Shown here piece by piece: positions 30,420 to 45,348 of a DNA stretch of 64,000 nucleotides. Each line of letters opens with the position of its first letter. Position 1 is the stretch's first letter. The notes under the pieces were generated by a model. The model was not told where the DNA came from and did not search any database. It saw only the letters and a list, made by a program, of their open reading frames with translations. The translations under genes and the position numbers were made by a program. Source of the DNA: the human T2T-CHM13v2.0 reference genome, Homo sapiens; the NCBI RefSeq assembly GCF_009914755.1, contig NC_060939.1; one strand, written 5' to 3'.

Positions 30420-30720
30420 ACCAGGCACCATGCTAGGCACTTCACATTCACTCTCACTTAGTTCTTGAAACAGCCTTGTGAGATAGTTTCATCACCACTT
30501 TACAAATGAGTAACCAAGGTTCAGAATGGTTGGTTACACAACTTAGTTCAAGGTTAAACAGCAGGAATTGAAGCCAGGTCTTACTCCAGAGCCACACAGG
30601 GCTTCTCAGCCTGGGCAACACATCCACATCCCCTGGAGAGCTTCTTCTAAGTACTAAGGCCCAGCCCCACCCATAGAAATTCTGATGTGATTGCCCTGGA
30701 TCGGGGCCTGGGTGTGAACT
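30420..30720. mobile_element. MIR followed by MER5A-like fragment
   Basis: CCAGGCACCATGCTAGGCACTT...CACTTTACAAATGAG; CAGGGCTTCTCAGCCTGG...CCCAGCCCCACCC..AGAAATTCTGAT. Confidence 0.55.
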
Positions 30721-31481
30721 GCAGCAGGAAGCATGAATTGAAGGAGCTGCATGAATACCAGATGAACACAGAGCCAGTGAGGTAGAGAGGAACTGGCTGG
30801 TCACCATCACCAAGAGAGTTTCGATGAACAGAATGGAGTCAGTGTGGAGGAAGGGATCCAAGGGCAACCAGCCCATCTCCTCAGGCCTCACTCAGATCAA
30901 GGAATTGTTTGGCAATACAGAAGATTACTTTTTCATGTGTGGGTGATATGAAAATGGGAGGGGTAGGCAGATTTAAAATGACAGAATCAGGCCTCCTAAG
31001 CTCCCAGCGAAACTGGAACAATTAGTTAAACGCTAACAAGTTCATCCCAAATTGGGATAAATTACTGGTTTTCTAGTCCAAAAAAGCCCATATGGAGGTA
31101 TGCACTTGCATGGGGTGATAGGAAAGTCTGTGTGGCTTAAATTTTGGGTAAAAGAATTTAAGAATTCAGTTTCCTTCAGTTTAATGAGCCACCTGTGTGA
31201 CGAAAGCTCATGGGCTTTTGGGATGTATGGACAGCGGCCATACACAGAATAAGGGAGTTCTGTGTTTACCAAGAAGTGCCACCCTTGAAGGGGACATAGC
31301 CAATTTGAGCACATTTGGAAGGGAGGAAGTAGGAGAGGGAGAAAACTAGAAATAAAATCATGTGATGCATGATATCTATTGCGATCAAGAAAGTTTTTTG
31401 AATATCTGAAGGGCTGTACAAGGTAAAGGATTTAATTTATCATGCGTGGACAGGCTGTCTGTGCAATATAAGGCAGAACTC

Positions 31482-31611
31482 GGCCAGGCGCCATGGCTCA
31501 CGCCTGTAATCCCAGCACTTCAGGAAGGTGAGGCAGGTGGATTGCTTGAACCCAGGAGTTTGAGACCAGCCTGGGCAACAAAGTGAGACCCCGTCTCTAC
31601 AAAAAAACAAA
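31482..31611 (+). mobile_element. Alu monomer (FLAM-like)
   Basis: Left-arm monomer with TSD AAGGCAGAACT. Confidence 0.88.
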
Positions 31612-31924
31612 GGCAGAACTTAACAGTCCAGAGTCACAGTGACATGCTGCAGCCGGGATGCCACAGAGGGCATCCTTGGGTGGTTCAGGGAACCCCAGCA
31701 TCAGGGATGACCTGATCAGTTGGATGGAGATCAGTTGGATGACCACTGGAGTTTAGCCCTCTGGCCCATTTTCTGGGATTCTAATTCTGCTGGCATGGTC
31801 TCTGACAGAAGGCTGCAGGACGGCAGCTGCATGGCTGTGTCTGCATCAGGGAGGTTTGGGGGCTTGTCGCCATGACATTGCTATTTGTCCTGAAAGGAGC
31901 AGAAAGTGAGGGAAATAGAAATAC

Positions 31925-32011
31925 TCCTTGAGTTTATCGTGGATTGCATGGGGTGTGTGTGTGTGTGTCCTTGAGTTTATCATGGATTGCATGGGGGGGG
32001 TGTGTGTGTGT
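31925..32011. repeat. 43-bp tandem duplication containing (TG)n
   Basis: TCCTTGAGTTTATC(G/A)TGGATTGCATGGGG(TG)n at 31925 and 31968. Confidence 0.9.
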
Positions 32012-32891
32012 TTAGGTTTGCATTGATAGGATCATATTGAACTCATCCTTTGCCAGTTTCTTTAACTTAGGTTTTTGAGATATATTCATGTTAATATGTA
32101 TAGAGCTAGTTCATTTTAATGAGTTCATAGTATTACATTTTATGTTTTATTGGCTAATCAGTGCCTTCTTTAGGGACTTCCTCTCAAGATTAGCTCTTTG
32201 TAGGGCTAGGTTTTTCTATATCAAATGAATACCTGAAAGACCAGAACTTTTTCAATTTACATTTTTTAAATTATGAAATTAACTCTTAAGCCTAAAAGTA
32301 AGAGAAAAGAAATATCCACAGGCTCTGTTATAGCTTCCACTTGGATGTCGACTGTGCTGGCATTTTTCATAGAACTTTTCTCATTTTTAATCATAATACA
32401 TACTATTTTATATCTGGTTTTCATTGAACACTATCATCTGATTTTTTTCTGATGTTTCAGGCGTTGTACTATTTATCACTTTTTATGGCTTTTTTTTTTT
32501 TTGGAGACGGAGTCTTGCTCTGTCGCCGGCTACTTAATATTTTGAATAGATTTGTCATAATTTTTTCAACAAATATCTTATTATTCGTATTTTAGCATTT
32601 CTAATTTTCCATACTAAAAGTTAATGACTATTTTCCTCTATATGTATGCTTTCATATCTTCATTTTATTACAGAGAAGGTAATACTTGATCAAAGGATAT
32701 AAATGCTTATCTTTTTTTTAATCCATGAAAAATGGGTTCGGTAGAAAGGATGGCTGTACAAACAAGGAGTCACTTTGTGAATTAGACCATCCATGCATAG
32801 AAACGGATGTGTTTATAGATTTCTAGAAAGTTTCAGCATTTTGATGGTTTGCACTTGTGGCAGATTGCTCACCATGGTTTTTCATTTTCAG

Positions 32892-33372
32892 AAACGCCTA
32901 GCTCAATCTGTCCGAAACACCTCTGGCTCAGAACCTGTGGCTCCAAACCTGCCAAGTGATCTTTCCCAGCAGATGTGCTTGCCAGCTTCCCACGCGGTGT
33001 CAGTAATTCACCCGTCCTCTAGGAAAACTAGAGGTGTTCCCCTATCGGAAGCTGGTAATGTGAAAAGCCCCAAGTGTCAAAACTGTCATGGAAATATCCC
33101 TGTCCAGGTTTTTGTTCCAGTTGGTGATCAAACACATTCCAAATCCAGTGAGGAATTGTCACTGCCACCACCTCCTCCTCCTCCACCACCACCACCGCCG
33201 CCACCGCCGCCCCCACCCCCTCCTCTCCGTGCTCTGTCCTCATCCTCTCAAGCTGCAACTCATCAGAACTTAGGCTTCCGGGCTCCAGTGAAAGATGACC
33301 AGCCACGTCCTCTAGTGTGCGAATCACCTGCTGAGCGACCACGTGACTCCTTGGAAAGTTTTTCATGTCCAG
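32892..33372 (+). CDS. WHAMM: WHAMM coding exon 9 (contains 20-proline run, 33165-33224)
   Basis: TTTCAG|AAA; KRLAQSVRNTSGSEP...SL(P)20LRALSSSS...SFSCP; G|GTAATC; 481 nt. Confidence 0.95.
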
Positions 33373-35521
33373 GTAATCCACTGGAATTCTGTCCCTGCTC
33401 CCCATGAGTTGTTAAGCTGTTGAAGCATTCTAGCTTCAGAAGCCATCATCTTCAAATGGAAATCATTTTTATAATTCTCTATAGCCTTAAAATATTCCAG
33501 TATTTGCTGCCTTGAGTATCATTATTCTTTTATTGGAAAGTTAGTATAGTATAGCCTAAATCTGGTTTCATAAATGTTAATTCAGTTTGAAGAAACCATC
33601 TCTATACATTTAATGATCGCATGACTTGGGGTTTCTGAGGTTGTTAAAGTATCAACCTATTTGAAGTTTCTTAAGACTTCAGTATGTATTTGATTTCTGC
33701 CGTTGGAATACTTTTCAATACTGTTTTAAATTATGCTTACTCTTGCATCTCTGAGTCCTTTATAGAATCCAGTTGTTGTATTTTAAGCAGAATACTGGTT
33801 GGAAATTACTGTAGAGGCATACTAGCCAGAATGTAGAAGGCTGTTCTTGCAGACTGACTAGCACACTGAGGACCCTTACTATTGGAAATCTTTCTAAAGT
33901 GCAATGGGACAGAAAGAAAAAGTGGGCCACTTGTCTTGGCAAGTGCAGTACACTGAATACTCCTGACAGTTTCTTTAATAGGGCTATAGTTCTCACTCAG
34001 AATTTGAATTTTGACTTTAGACATTAAGTGTTGAGGAGAATGGCCTAAATCTGCCTAGACTTGGAGCCTACTTCTTTGGGGGGTATGTGTGTGCACTTTA
34101 GATAAATCCTAGCAAAATTTATGTAAATTTGTTTTTAAAAGTATGCTTAAGCACCTCCACCTAAACTGTGCAAGGTTACTGTAATAAGTGTTATGAATGA
34201 TATAGCAGTTCCAAACTGTGATTCTGGTTAATTGAGCAATCTGGCTATTCTGAGTTCAGAGCTTCACTGTACCTAGAACCAGGTACAAATGAAAATGTTC
34301 ATATATTAGGTGGAGACCCAATGGCCTGTTTCCATGGGGTTTGCAACAACTGCCCTGTGAATGAAAAGTAAAGAGTTCGCGTGGCTGTGTCTAGATCGGA
34401 CTTTGGAAGTGGGCAGATCTTTGTGGGGTGCCACATTCCCAGCCCAGATTTAATGCACATGGTTTTGGGAAGTTCTGTTCAACTCACAAATGCTGCTAAT
34501 TCACAGGAAAGAATAAGAAAGTGTGAATTTGCACCAGAGAATGCCCTTGATTGTGAAACCTGTCTCATTACCCCCAGAAAGAAATTGTAATAAGAAGGTA
34601 TAAGTTTAAATCCAAAGCAAAATAGCCTTTTGTTAGCCACAGCACGGCCTTTCAATCCTGAACTAGAATTGATTATTAATCCTTGAAGCCTTACCTGGAA
34701 GATCTCTAAATTAGTGGCCACAGTCAGGCCTGTCTCCAGCAGGCGATAAAAGATTTTTACCCTCTCAGGGGTCTCCAGGTGCCAGAGTGAAAAATAGCTT
34801 CTCCTCACCAATGCCTTGAAGCTCTGATCTAATTGTGTTTTGACAGCATTTCACATCCTCAAAAATAAAGTATGTAAGCCACCTCAGGGTAATGTAGGTG
34901 GAATTAAACACATTATATACAGAAAAATGTGCCAGCACCACCCCTCCGGTGGCGGTTCATTGAGTTGCCGGTTAAAGTTTTATTTTAAGCCTTTTCATGT
35001 GTAGAAACCTACTCACTTCATTGTCATAGAATGAGTCATCACTGACTAATACCCAAGACTGAAGTTAAATTGAGCAGGATAAATTTTTTTTAAAAGATTT
35101 CTTTTAGCTGGACAGGGTAATGAAGGAGATACAGCTTCAGAGGTATCCAGGTCACGCACAGTGGGTGAGACTATTCCACCCCAGGCCTCCGTAACACTCT
35201 TCAGGATGGGAGGGACAGATCACATTTGTCTTGAAAAACCGTCATTCTAACAAAAGTGCATGTCTGTTCCTGTCAGTTGCTATGGATTTGAAGAAGTTAG
35301 CAGAAAGGAAGTGGTTAAGCTAAAACATGAGCTATTCAGCTGTCCTGGATTCAACCAGGGAGCTTATCGTTAGCACGTAATCAAGGCATTTGCTTAATGA
35401 AGTGATTATTTGTTTAAATCATGGTGTTAACTGATAGGAGATTTCACAATTTCATAGCAGTAATGTCCTGGGAAGGGAAAGTGTTTTATTGATAGTACTA
35501 GCTCTGCTTATTCAATTTCAG

Positions 35522-35829
35522 GATCTATGGATGAAGTGTTGGCCTCCTTAAGGCATGGCAGAGCTCCTCTCCGGAAGGTGGAAGTGCCGGCGGTGCGCCC
35601 TCCCCACGCCTCAATCAATGAGCACATTCTGGCTGCCATAAGGCAAGGGGTCAAACTGAAGAAAGTTCACCCTGATCTTGGCCCAAACCCCAGCAGCAAA
35701 CCAACCAGCAACAGACGCACCAGTGACCTTGAGAGGAGCATCAAGGCTGCGCTCCAGAGAATCAAGAGGGTGTCTGCTGACTCTGAGGAGGACAGTGATG
35801 AGCAGGACCCTGGCCAGTGGGATGGTTAG
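35522..35829 (+). CDS. WHAMM: WHAMM coding exon 10 (WH2-WH2-C-A Arp2/3-activating module, stop)
   Basis: TTTCAG|GA; SMDEVLASLRHGRAPLRKV, ILAAIRQGVKLKKV, acidic DSEEDSDEQDPGQWDG*; total spliced CDS 2430 nt. Confidence 0.97.
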
Positions 35830-35867
35830 GCTCAAGTTTGACAAAGGCACCTGCCACAGTAGGCTTG

Positions 35868-35873
35868 AATAAA
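35868..35873 (+). terminator. Candidate proximal WHAMM poly(A) signal
   Basis: AATAAA 39 nt after the stop codon. Confidence 0.35.
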
Positions 35874-35967
35874 GTGGGTGAGTCTTAGACCTATCGAAAA
35901 GCATACTAACAGGGTGCTGATAGATGGGCCACATAACACCCCGGAAGATCAGCAGGGCCTTGTGTAG

Positions 35968-36628
<661 letters not shown>

Positions 36629-37114
36629 GATGCTGGAGCTTTTATGTGACATGGTGACTCTTAAAACTGGGGAGGGACGTAGAGATGAGAGTTTCACACA
36701 CCAGCCCATAGGTGGGATGTCAAGACCCATCGGAAGTGTCGCTGGCCTAAGAGAAGAGCACTTATTTCTCACCATGGCTGATCTAGAATTGTTCCCTGAT
36801 TCTGAAAGAAGTTTACACTACACTGGTAAGCAGTACTATTAGACTACTGACTGTGGCCTTCTGTGCATATGGAATAATGATTTCTCAGATTTGTAGGCTT
36901 GAATGTGAATGTTATTTTATCAGTAATCAGAATAAATTGCTTATATTCAGGAGTTATTTTAAATATTTAAATGAAATTTATTTTAGGCACCAAGCACCAC
37001 ATAAACTCATAATAACTATTTGCAATGCATTAGCATCACTCACGGGGTAATGAAAACATACCTTAGCTGCTGTAAAAGCAAAGTCTTCCGTGTCCGGGTG
37101 GGCTGAAAGTTTTT

Positions 37115-37120
37115 AATAAA
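37115..37120 (+). terminator. Likely main WHAMM poly(A) signal (others at 36931-36936 and 38384-38389)
   Basis: AATAAA in AT-rich context with upstream TGTA and downstream T/GT-rich sequence. Confidence 0.55.
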
Positions 37121-37326
37121 ATTTTAGCTAAACATTTGTTTAAGTGAATACTAAGGATGGAGCAATAGTGTTATTTTCCTCAGGAACTGAAGTCTCATGC
37201 TGAAGTATTTTCTCCTTAAAATTAAATTTTTAAAATCAGGGAAGGGGAAGGGACTGATGCAAAGCAGTCCGTTCATTTCTCAGACTGCGAGCATCCCTAC
37301 TAACCTCATCACCCTCACTCTGGTGA

Positions 37327-37718
<392 letters not shown>

Positions 37719-39193
37719 TTCCAGTGTCTTAACTAACTGGTACACAGCAGCCTGAGGGGCCTCAGTTGGCACAGCTGGGAGGGGCGTGAGTCCCTTTCAG
37801 CAGCTGCAGCCTGGGTCTCCCTCTGTGGCATGGCCACTGCCAGGTTTCCCAGCCACTGCCAGGTTGCCCACGGGTCTGTCATGTGTGCTACCTTTTCAGA
37901 ATGCAAATCCAACTCCTGTGTATGAATGAATGTGCCTCACTGTGCTGGCCCAGGCCTGATGGGCCAAGCCCTGACTCTGCACTGGCCCCTGTACCTGCCG
38001 CTCCCACCCAGGTTCCCAGGGGTGTTCCAGTGGGGGACGCAACCTGCGGGCTACTCGCTGGGCATCAGGTCCAGATCCCAGAGACAGGTCCAGTGGCTGT
38101 GGCCCAGGCCTCCTTCCCCACCACAGACAGGCCAGGCTCAGCATCAAACTTCCTAGGGAAAGAATTTGGAATTGAAAAAGTAGCAAAATCACAACTTTGT
38201 GGGACTTTTCTTATGCATATTTTGCAGTTTGGCATTGTTTGTAATTACGTATTTATAATTTCAGTATTTTGAGATACCAGCGAGCTTAATCAGGCTAAAA
38301 TAATTCTCAGAATTTGCTTTCTAAGGGCTGCCAAACACAAGAGGCCTTTGAAAAAAGGATCCTTTTCAAAAGAACGTTCTCACAATAAAAATTCCTGGCC
38401 CAATTGTGTCTTCTGTGCATCAACGCTTCCTTTCCTCCTCTGGAACCTTCTCTCCTTCCTTTCTCCCTTTTCCTGCTTTTTCCAGCCAAGCCTTGAAGTC
38501 AATCCAGACTTTGGCTTCAGGGAATTCAGAGCCAAGGAAGTGGGGACAAGTGTCTCCTATTGCCCAGCTTCAGAGCTCTCCAGTCGGCCTCCAAAGCACT
38601 GCCAGTCTTCACCTCTCCCTGGCTTTCCAGCCCACACAGGAAGGGCAGCCCCTCAGCCTGGCAGACAAAACCCTCAGAGACTTGGTTGCCTCCCCTGGGC
38701 AGCCCCTGCCCCTGCCACAGGTTTTAGTCCAGCAATACCATGCTGCTTCCTGCCTGCCCCCAAAGGGCCTGCTCTCTTAAGTGCCTGGAATTCTCCCTGC
38801 ACCCTTCATGTCCTGGCAAACCCATGCCCATCCTTAGGTCTCAACCCCACAGCCTTTTCCGCCAGGTCTTCTCTGACCTCTCTCTCCTATACAGCCATGT
38901 ACTTTGTCTTGGGAGTCTGGTACAAAGGAGGACTGGCATCTGCTCCTAGTACAGCCAATCCTATGGATTGTCCTGGAGTGAAAAGCATTGAGCTAGGCCA
39001 GTCAGACTTGTGTATTCATCTGTTCGTCCATTCTCTCTTCAGAATTTGAACTAGGGAATCAGGCAGGTGGTAACGGCAGCCAGAATGAGGAGGTTATTGG
39101 TTAAAGGCCACATGGCATGTGAAACCCACGTAGTTGAGTGGATTTATGGGGCAGAGGCTCTCAGACCATAGGGTGTGTAAAAGCACATGAGAG

Positions 39194-39660
39194 TGCATTG
39201 GTTTTCTATTGCTGCCATAACAAATCACCACAAAAGTAGCTGCTTAAAAGACAAATTTCTTATCTTACAGTTCCATAGTCAGAAGTCTGACATGGGTCTC
39301 ACTGGGCTAAAATCAAGGTGTTGACAGGGCTGTGTTCTCTTCTAAAGGCTCCGGGGAGAAGCCATTTCCTTGCCCTTTCTGGTTTCTAGAGGTTGCCCCT
39401 GTTCCTTGGCTTGTGGCCCCTCTCCACCTTCAGTGCCAGCAGCATCGTATCTGACCCTTCTTCCATCATCACATCTCTTTCTGACCCAAGGAAAGGTTCT
39501 CTGCTGCTGCTGAGAACTTGTGTGATTAGTCTGGGCCCACCCGGATAATCCAGGATCATCTCTCCATCTGAAGGGCCCTTTTGCCAACTATGGTAACATA
39601 GCCACAGGTTCCAGGGATTAGGATGTGGACATCTTTGGGGACCATTATTCTGTCTAGTAA
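39194..39660 (-). mobile_element. MaLR solo LTR (MLT1C/D-like)
   Basis: TTGCTGCCATAACAAATCACCACAAA...GGGCTAAAATCAAGGTG...GGTTCCAGGGATTAGGATGTGGACATCTTTGGGG. Confidence 0.85.
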
Positions 39661-41269
39661 AAGGAGCTTTCTAGAATGAAGATTTCCAGGCCCAGAATGC
39701 AAGGGTCCTCATCCAGGTTTTTTTGGGATGGGCCGGCAACACAAATAGTTCTGAAGCAGCTGCTCTGCAGATTGTCCTTAGAAAAATGCTACTACACAAA
39801 AGTCAGAGGACCTTAGTGGGCTGGTGACGCAGGAACAGCGAAGCAGGTACACTTAGAGCCACCGTGGGCTCCTCCTGGGGTCAGCGATCCTGAAGCCTGG
39901 TATTCATGAGGTCTTCAGAATGTCCCAGGTCGTCCCAAGTCTGGAGAAGTGGGGTGCACACTGGCCTCTGTCGTCGGCTGCCTATGAGAGCTCTGCCTTG
40001 TGGGGGAGCCTCCAAAATCCCCCATCAGCTGAGTTCCATGAACGCCTGCAATGGAGCAGCTCACCCCTCCACTGGAACAGAGCAGATCTGGGGAAAGTAA
40101 TAGTCTTCTTACTGTGGTGTTCCCAGGGCCTGGGCATGAGGGTGCACAATAAATATTTGCTAAATGAAAACATGAATGAATGATTTAACAGCTGTAAGTA
40201 TGAAAAGGACGATGGAAGAGGCACAAGTCCCCCTCCCTGGTAGTGGTTTAGTTTCATCCGGAGGGCTGGGGCCTTTGGGGCCTAAAAGAGGAATGGAGTT
40301 GGAGCAGGAAAGGATTCCAGGGATGGAACAGCATAAGCAAGAAGAACACAGGGAGAGTGCACAGCAAGGCCTGGGCAGGCAGGGGAAGAGCCTGCAGGGT
40401 CCTAGGACCTGATCTGTCTATGCTTTAGGAAGAAGCCTCTGGCAGCTCTGCATTAAAGGAATACGAAAACGGAGGAGATCCTGGAGGGTACGGGAACAGG
40501 GTAGGCATGGGCCGGTCAGAGCAGCGGTAGAGTGAAGAGATGACATGGCAAGATGGAGAAGCACAAGACTGTGTAACCTACTGTGCAATAAACAAGAGAA
40601 AGGGCACAGAGATGGTAACAACTCTGGCAGGCGCAGCGGGGCCACTGCTGGGAAGTAGGGGGTAGAACTGTGGCTCTCGGCAATGCAAACAGCATCGGTG
40701 GCAGCCACAGAATTATTTCCACTCAGTGGTCTTGACTCCCGTGCAAACACACATTGGGCTTATCTAGCAGTCCCTTCAAGTTAAATGAAGTCATTGTGGC
40801 GCCAGACAGGGCATGGCTACAGGGAGGGCCCAGGCAGGCAGAGCCAAGTACAGCTTCATGGAGATTCCTACAGCACAGAACAGCTAATTCCTATGTCCCA
40901 AGCATGGGATGGAGGCACGAGGTATCCAGCGGGGTAGGAAACGGGGATATCTCAGCAGACGTGAATCCCCTCCCCTTAACATGTTGGAATATGTAAGCTC
41001 CCCAGAACTGTAAAGGACTCTCCTCTGGAGAAAGGGGAGTGCTGAAGCTGACTGAGTCAAATTGCATGAGCCTGGTGGAACAGGGGCTCAAAAATCAACA
41101 CTCACTTGAATGAAGGAAAAATAGAGAAGGTCCTATTTCTTTTACTCTTGAGCTGAGGGCTGGGATTCACCACTCCTACACATTTGGGAAAAGCCGGTTC
41201 TGTGTTTGATACAGACTTTGCCATGTGAATAGCCTGTTCCAACAGCTCTGGAAAAACCTTTTCTGGTGG

Positions 41270-41401
41270 GGGCTGTGTATGGTGGCTTGCACCTGTGATT
41301 CTGGCATTATGGAAGGCCAAGGCAGGAGGATCATTTGAGCCCAGGAGTCAGGACCAGCCTGGAAAACATGGCGGGACTCTGACTCTACAGAAAAAAAAAA
41401 A
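41270..41401 (+). mobile_element. Alu monomer (FLAM-like)
   Basis: Diverged left-arm monomer with poly-A. Confidence 0.8.
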
Positions 41402-41799
41402 CCAAAATCTTATCTGGTGGAATGAGTCTCTGAGATTAGCTTTTACCCCAATAGCCAGGCATATAAAGCTACATTCTCCTGCCTTCTCAGAAGGCTAGTC
41501 CCCACAGAAGAAAAGTGCCTCATAGGTTGCCTTTGTGTGGGCCCTACTGAGGCAGAATATGACCAGATGAAGGGCAGGCATCCCCTAAACATCCCTAAGC
41601 ATGGGGTTGCCCCAAAGCAAGAACCAGAAACATTGGCACACTCAAAAAATCCCAAGCCTAATATGCCCCAGCCCCCACTTCCACTTATGCTTTGGTTCAG
41701 GAGTAGCCTGCAAGGACATTAGCCTACTTAGGGAGATCAAGAACTTCCAAAGTATCTTGTCAAGATACAAAGGATTTCTGAAAGATTTCTGTTGACTTA

Positions 41800-44590
41800 A
41801 AAACAGACACAAATATTTTTCTGAACTATGTATTTCTACAGAAACTATTACAACAAAATCAGGTAAAATTCACAAAGGTATACAAGCCTTTAAAGGAAAA
41901 TATTTTTTCCCTTAAATATAAAAAGATCATTTGCCAAATAACATCAAAAAGAAACAAAGCAAAAACTGTTAGAAACAAAAGAAACAGACAGAAATACAAT
42001 AATAGGAGACGAACATATCTTTCTTAGCCTTAATGAATCAAGTAAATTAAAATTAAAGGTCCATAATATTATACTTTGTAAGGTCAAATGAATACATCTG
42101 ATTGAATTTTGTTCCCTTCAGAGAATATGCTTTCTTCTTCAGTTTCCTGGAGATATGTATTAAAACTAAAAATCAGGTCTCAAGAAAACATCCATGATCT
42201 CCAAAATGCACACAAATTGTACAGGCCATACTCTCTTTGACAAGGCAATAAAACTAGAAGTTTGTAAGAAATGCTAAAAAACAACAACAAAATAAACTAC
42301 CTGGAAATTTAAAAGTATAATTTCAAAAAACTCCAGTAAAAAATAAAGTCAAATCTGAAATTATAAATTATTTATAACTTAGAACACTAAATATAAATTT
42401 AAGAGATATGGATAAAGATGTATTTAGAGGAAAAGTCGTACCTTACAATGTTAGTAACTGTCTTTTATTAAGGAAGAAAAAGTTAAAATGGCATGTAACT
42501 TAAGAAGGTGGGAAAATAATAAAGGAAAAAATTAAGAACAAAACGAAAAGAATCATGAAATAGTAAAACAGTAAAATTAAGATATAAATCTCAGAGTTGG
42601 TTATTTGAAAAGATCAATGAAACAGAGTAATTCTGGAAAAACCAATGAGAACAAAAAGGGAAAGCACACGCAACATGGGAATGAGGAAGCAGAATACTAC
42701 AACTCCAGGCCAACAAATCTGAAAATAGAACAGAATCACTATTTAGGAAAATTCACTTAATTAAAAAAAATTTTTTTTTGAGAAAGGGTCTTGCTCTGTG
42801 TCCCAGGCATGCTCACGGCTCACTGCAGCTTCGGCCCCCAGGGCTCAAGTGATCCTACTGCTTCAGCCTCCTGAGTAGCTGGGACTACAGGCACACACCA
42901 CCATGCCTAGCTAATTTTTAGTAGCGACTATGTTGCCCAGGCTGATTGTGAACTCCTGGGCTCAAGCAATCTTCCTGCCTCCGCCTCCAGAAGTGCTGGG
43001 ATTACAAGCATGAGCCACTGTGCTTAGCCGGGAAAATTTAAATTGCCAAAAACTTACAGAATAGAAATAAAGTTTGAAGAAAATAATGAGCATGAAAAAA
43101 ATTAAAAAAAACAACAACCCCATATTTCCTAAAAAGGCACTACTAGATTTGGACAGTTTCATACATGTTATAAAAACTTCAAAGAGCAAAAAATTCTAAA
43201 TATTTAAATGTTTCCAGGGCATAGAAAAACAGAGCTTCCCAAGTTCTTTTTAATTTTTTTAAGAAGTTAACAAACACCAATAACTGACAAAGCAGAAAAA
43301 AAATTACCCAACTATTCATCTTATTTAGGTATGAAAAATTCCATAATAAAATGAGAAAACCAAATCCAGAAGAATTTCACAATTTAAAGCTCTTATTTTT
43401 ATTATACAAGTAATACACAATCTTTGTAGAAAAATCAGAAAGTACAGATAAGAAACACAAAATAAAAATCTACTATGGACCAACCAATCATAAATAACCA
43501 CTGTTAACATTGAAAGGAGATGTATATTAAAAGAATAGTATACTATGACTACATCAGATTCTTGTAGAAATGCAGAGATGTCTTAACATTAGCAAATCTA
43601 TTAAAACGATTCATCTAAAGTCATAATAGAGAAAAGCCAGTTGATCATCTTGACAGATGTGGAAAAAAGCCATTTAATAAAACCCCAACATCCATTACTA
43701 ATAATATTTTCATCAAACTAGAAATAGAGGGCATAACCTGAATGTATAATTCAAATATTAAGATTATTTTACACTAAGAGTCAAATTTATAGTTTTGGAG
43801 AAACACTCTTCTAAGTAAAAAAAATATATATATATCAAATAATGTACAATATCAGCACAATTATGTAAATGTTTTTTAACATTGTTCTAAAAGTACCAGT
43901 CAATGTGATGAGTTGAGAAAGTGAAATAAGATTACAAATATGGGAATAAAATTATCAACCTACCCAGAACTATTACCCAACTGAAAAAGGCGAAAGAAAT
44001 TAACAACAGCAAAACCTTTAGAATAATTCAGTAACTGGCTAGTTACAAAATCAATAACCAATCGCCAAGTTAAACTATTATACAACTACACACTACTCTC
44101 TTATGCAGAGGTAAGAATGAGGTAGATTGATGTGTACTGACATAGGAAGATCTATTGCAAAGAGAAAAATGCTAACAGCAGAAGGGTTGTCTCATATGGT
44201 CAAAGTGCTAAAACATACTTTAGGAAAAAACTGATGAATATGCTGTTGACTTTTTCTGGGGGAAAGGGATTTTAATTATGGGGGACTTTAATTTTCTACA
44301 TTATGTTTTTAAATAATGTTTACACTTACATAAGTCTAATGTTTTAAAGTCATAAAAGCGATAGATTTAATTTTCATTTTTTAAAGTAGTAGGATCTCAT
44401 TTACAATAGTAACCACACTAAAAAAATCACCTATACTAGAAAAGATAGGCTGAGAAACATAAAACATAAATTTACTGAAAGGTTAAATATTATAAAGATG
44501 TTAGTCCTCTTGTGTAAAATATGTAAATTTTACTCAATCCAATTTCTAATTTTTCTAAACATAAAATTATCTCAAACTTCTTTTGGAAGG
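41800..44590 (+). mobile_element. Degenerate old L1 (L1M) ORF2/3' fragments
   Basis: A-rich; TTTAGAGGAAAA, AGTTGGTTATTTGAAAAGATCAAT, GATGTGGAAAAAAGC.ATTTAATAAAA..CAACATCCATT resemble L1 ORF2; no long ORF. Confidence 0.7.
42770..43029 (-). mobile_element. Alu (AluJ-like)
   Basis: Reverse diverged Alu. Confidence 0.88.
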
Positions 44591-44591
44591 T

Positions 44592-44947
<356 letters not shown>

Positions 44948-45192
44948 TAGTCCAAAGCTATGGCGATCCAAACAATGTGGTACCAGTGCTAGAATGTGCA
45001 GGAAGATCACAACCCATAATAAAGAGTTCACAGCACACTCAAGGCCAGGGTGCTTATCCTGGCACCCAACAGAAGGGCTACTAGGTGTATGGCAAAAATG
45101 GGATTTCATATAGAATAAAGGACAGACTTCCCAATAAACAGTGTTGGGGTAATTTAGAAAATACATTCCAGATAGATCAGAGGTTTTTAAAA

Positions 45193-45348
45193 TTTTTTTT
45201 AGAGACAGGGTCTTGCTCTGTTCCCCAGGCTGGAGTGCACCGGTGCCATCAAAGCTCACTGTAACCTCAAATGCCTGGACTCAAGTGATCCTTCCACCTT
45301 GGCGACCCAAAGTGTTGGGATTACAGGCAAGAGCCAACACGCCCAGCC
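45193..45348 (-). mobile_element. Alu monomer/hybrid
   Basis: Single-arm-length reverse Alu. Confidence 0.82.

Noticed and set aside
32793-33407. Track ORF extending WHAMM exon 9 at both ends (and similar run-ons at other exons)
   Set aside because: The extensions are intronic read-through; canonical splice sites at 32892 and 33372 define the real exon.
34937-34956. CTCF-like motif in WHAMM intron 9 (similar partial matches near 16560 and 53830)
   Set aside because: About three mismatches to the core consensus; cannot be supported without ChIP data.
38348-39049. 233-aa plus-strand ORF downstream of WHAMM
   Set aside because: TTG start, Pro/Ser-rich with no domain, no supporting splice structure; consistent with chance.
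41800-44590. Potentially active L1 or a domesticated reverse transcriptase
   Set aside because: Heavily fragmented, interrupted by Alus, with no long ORF.
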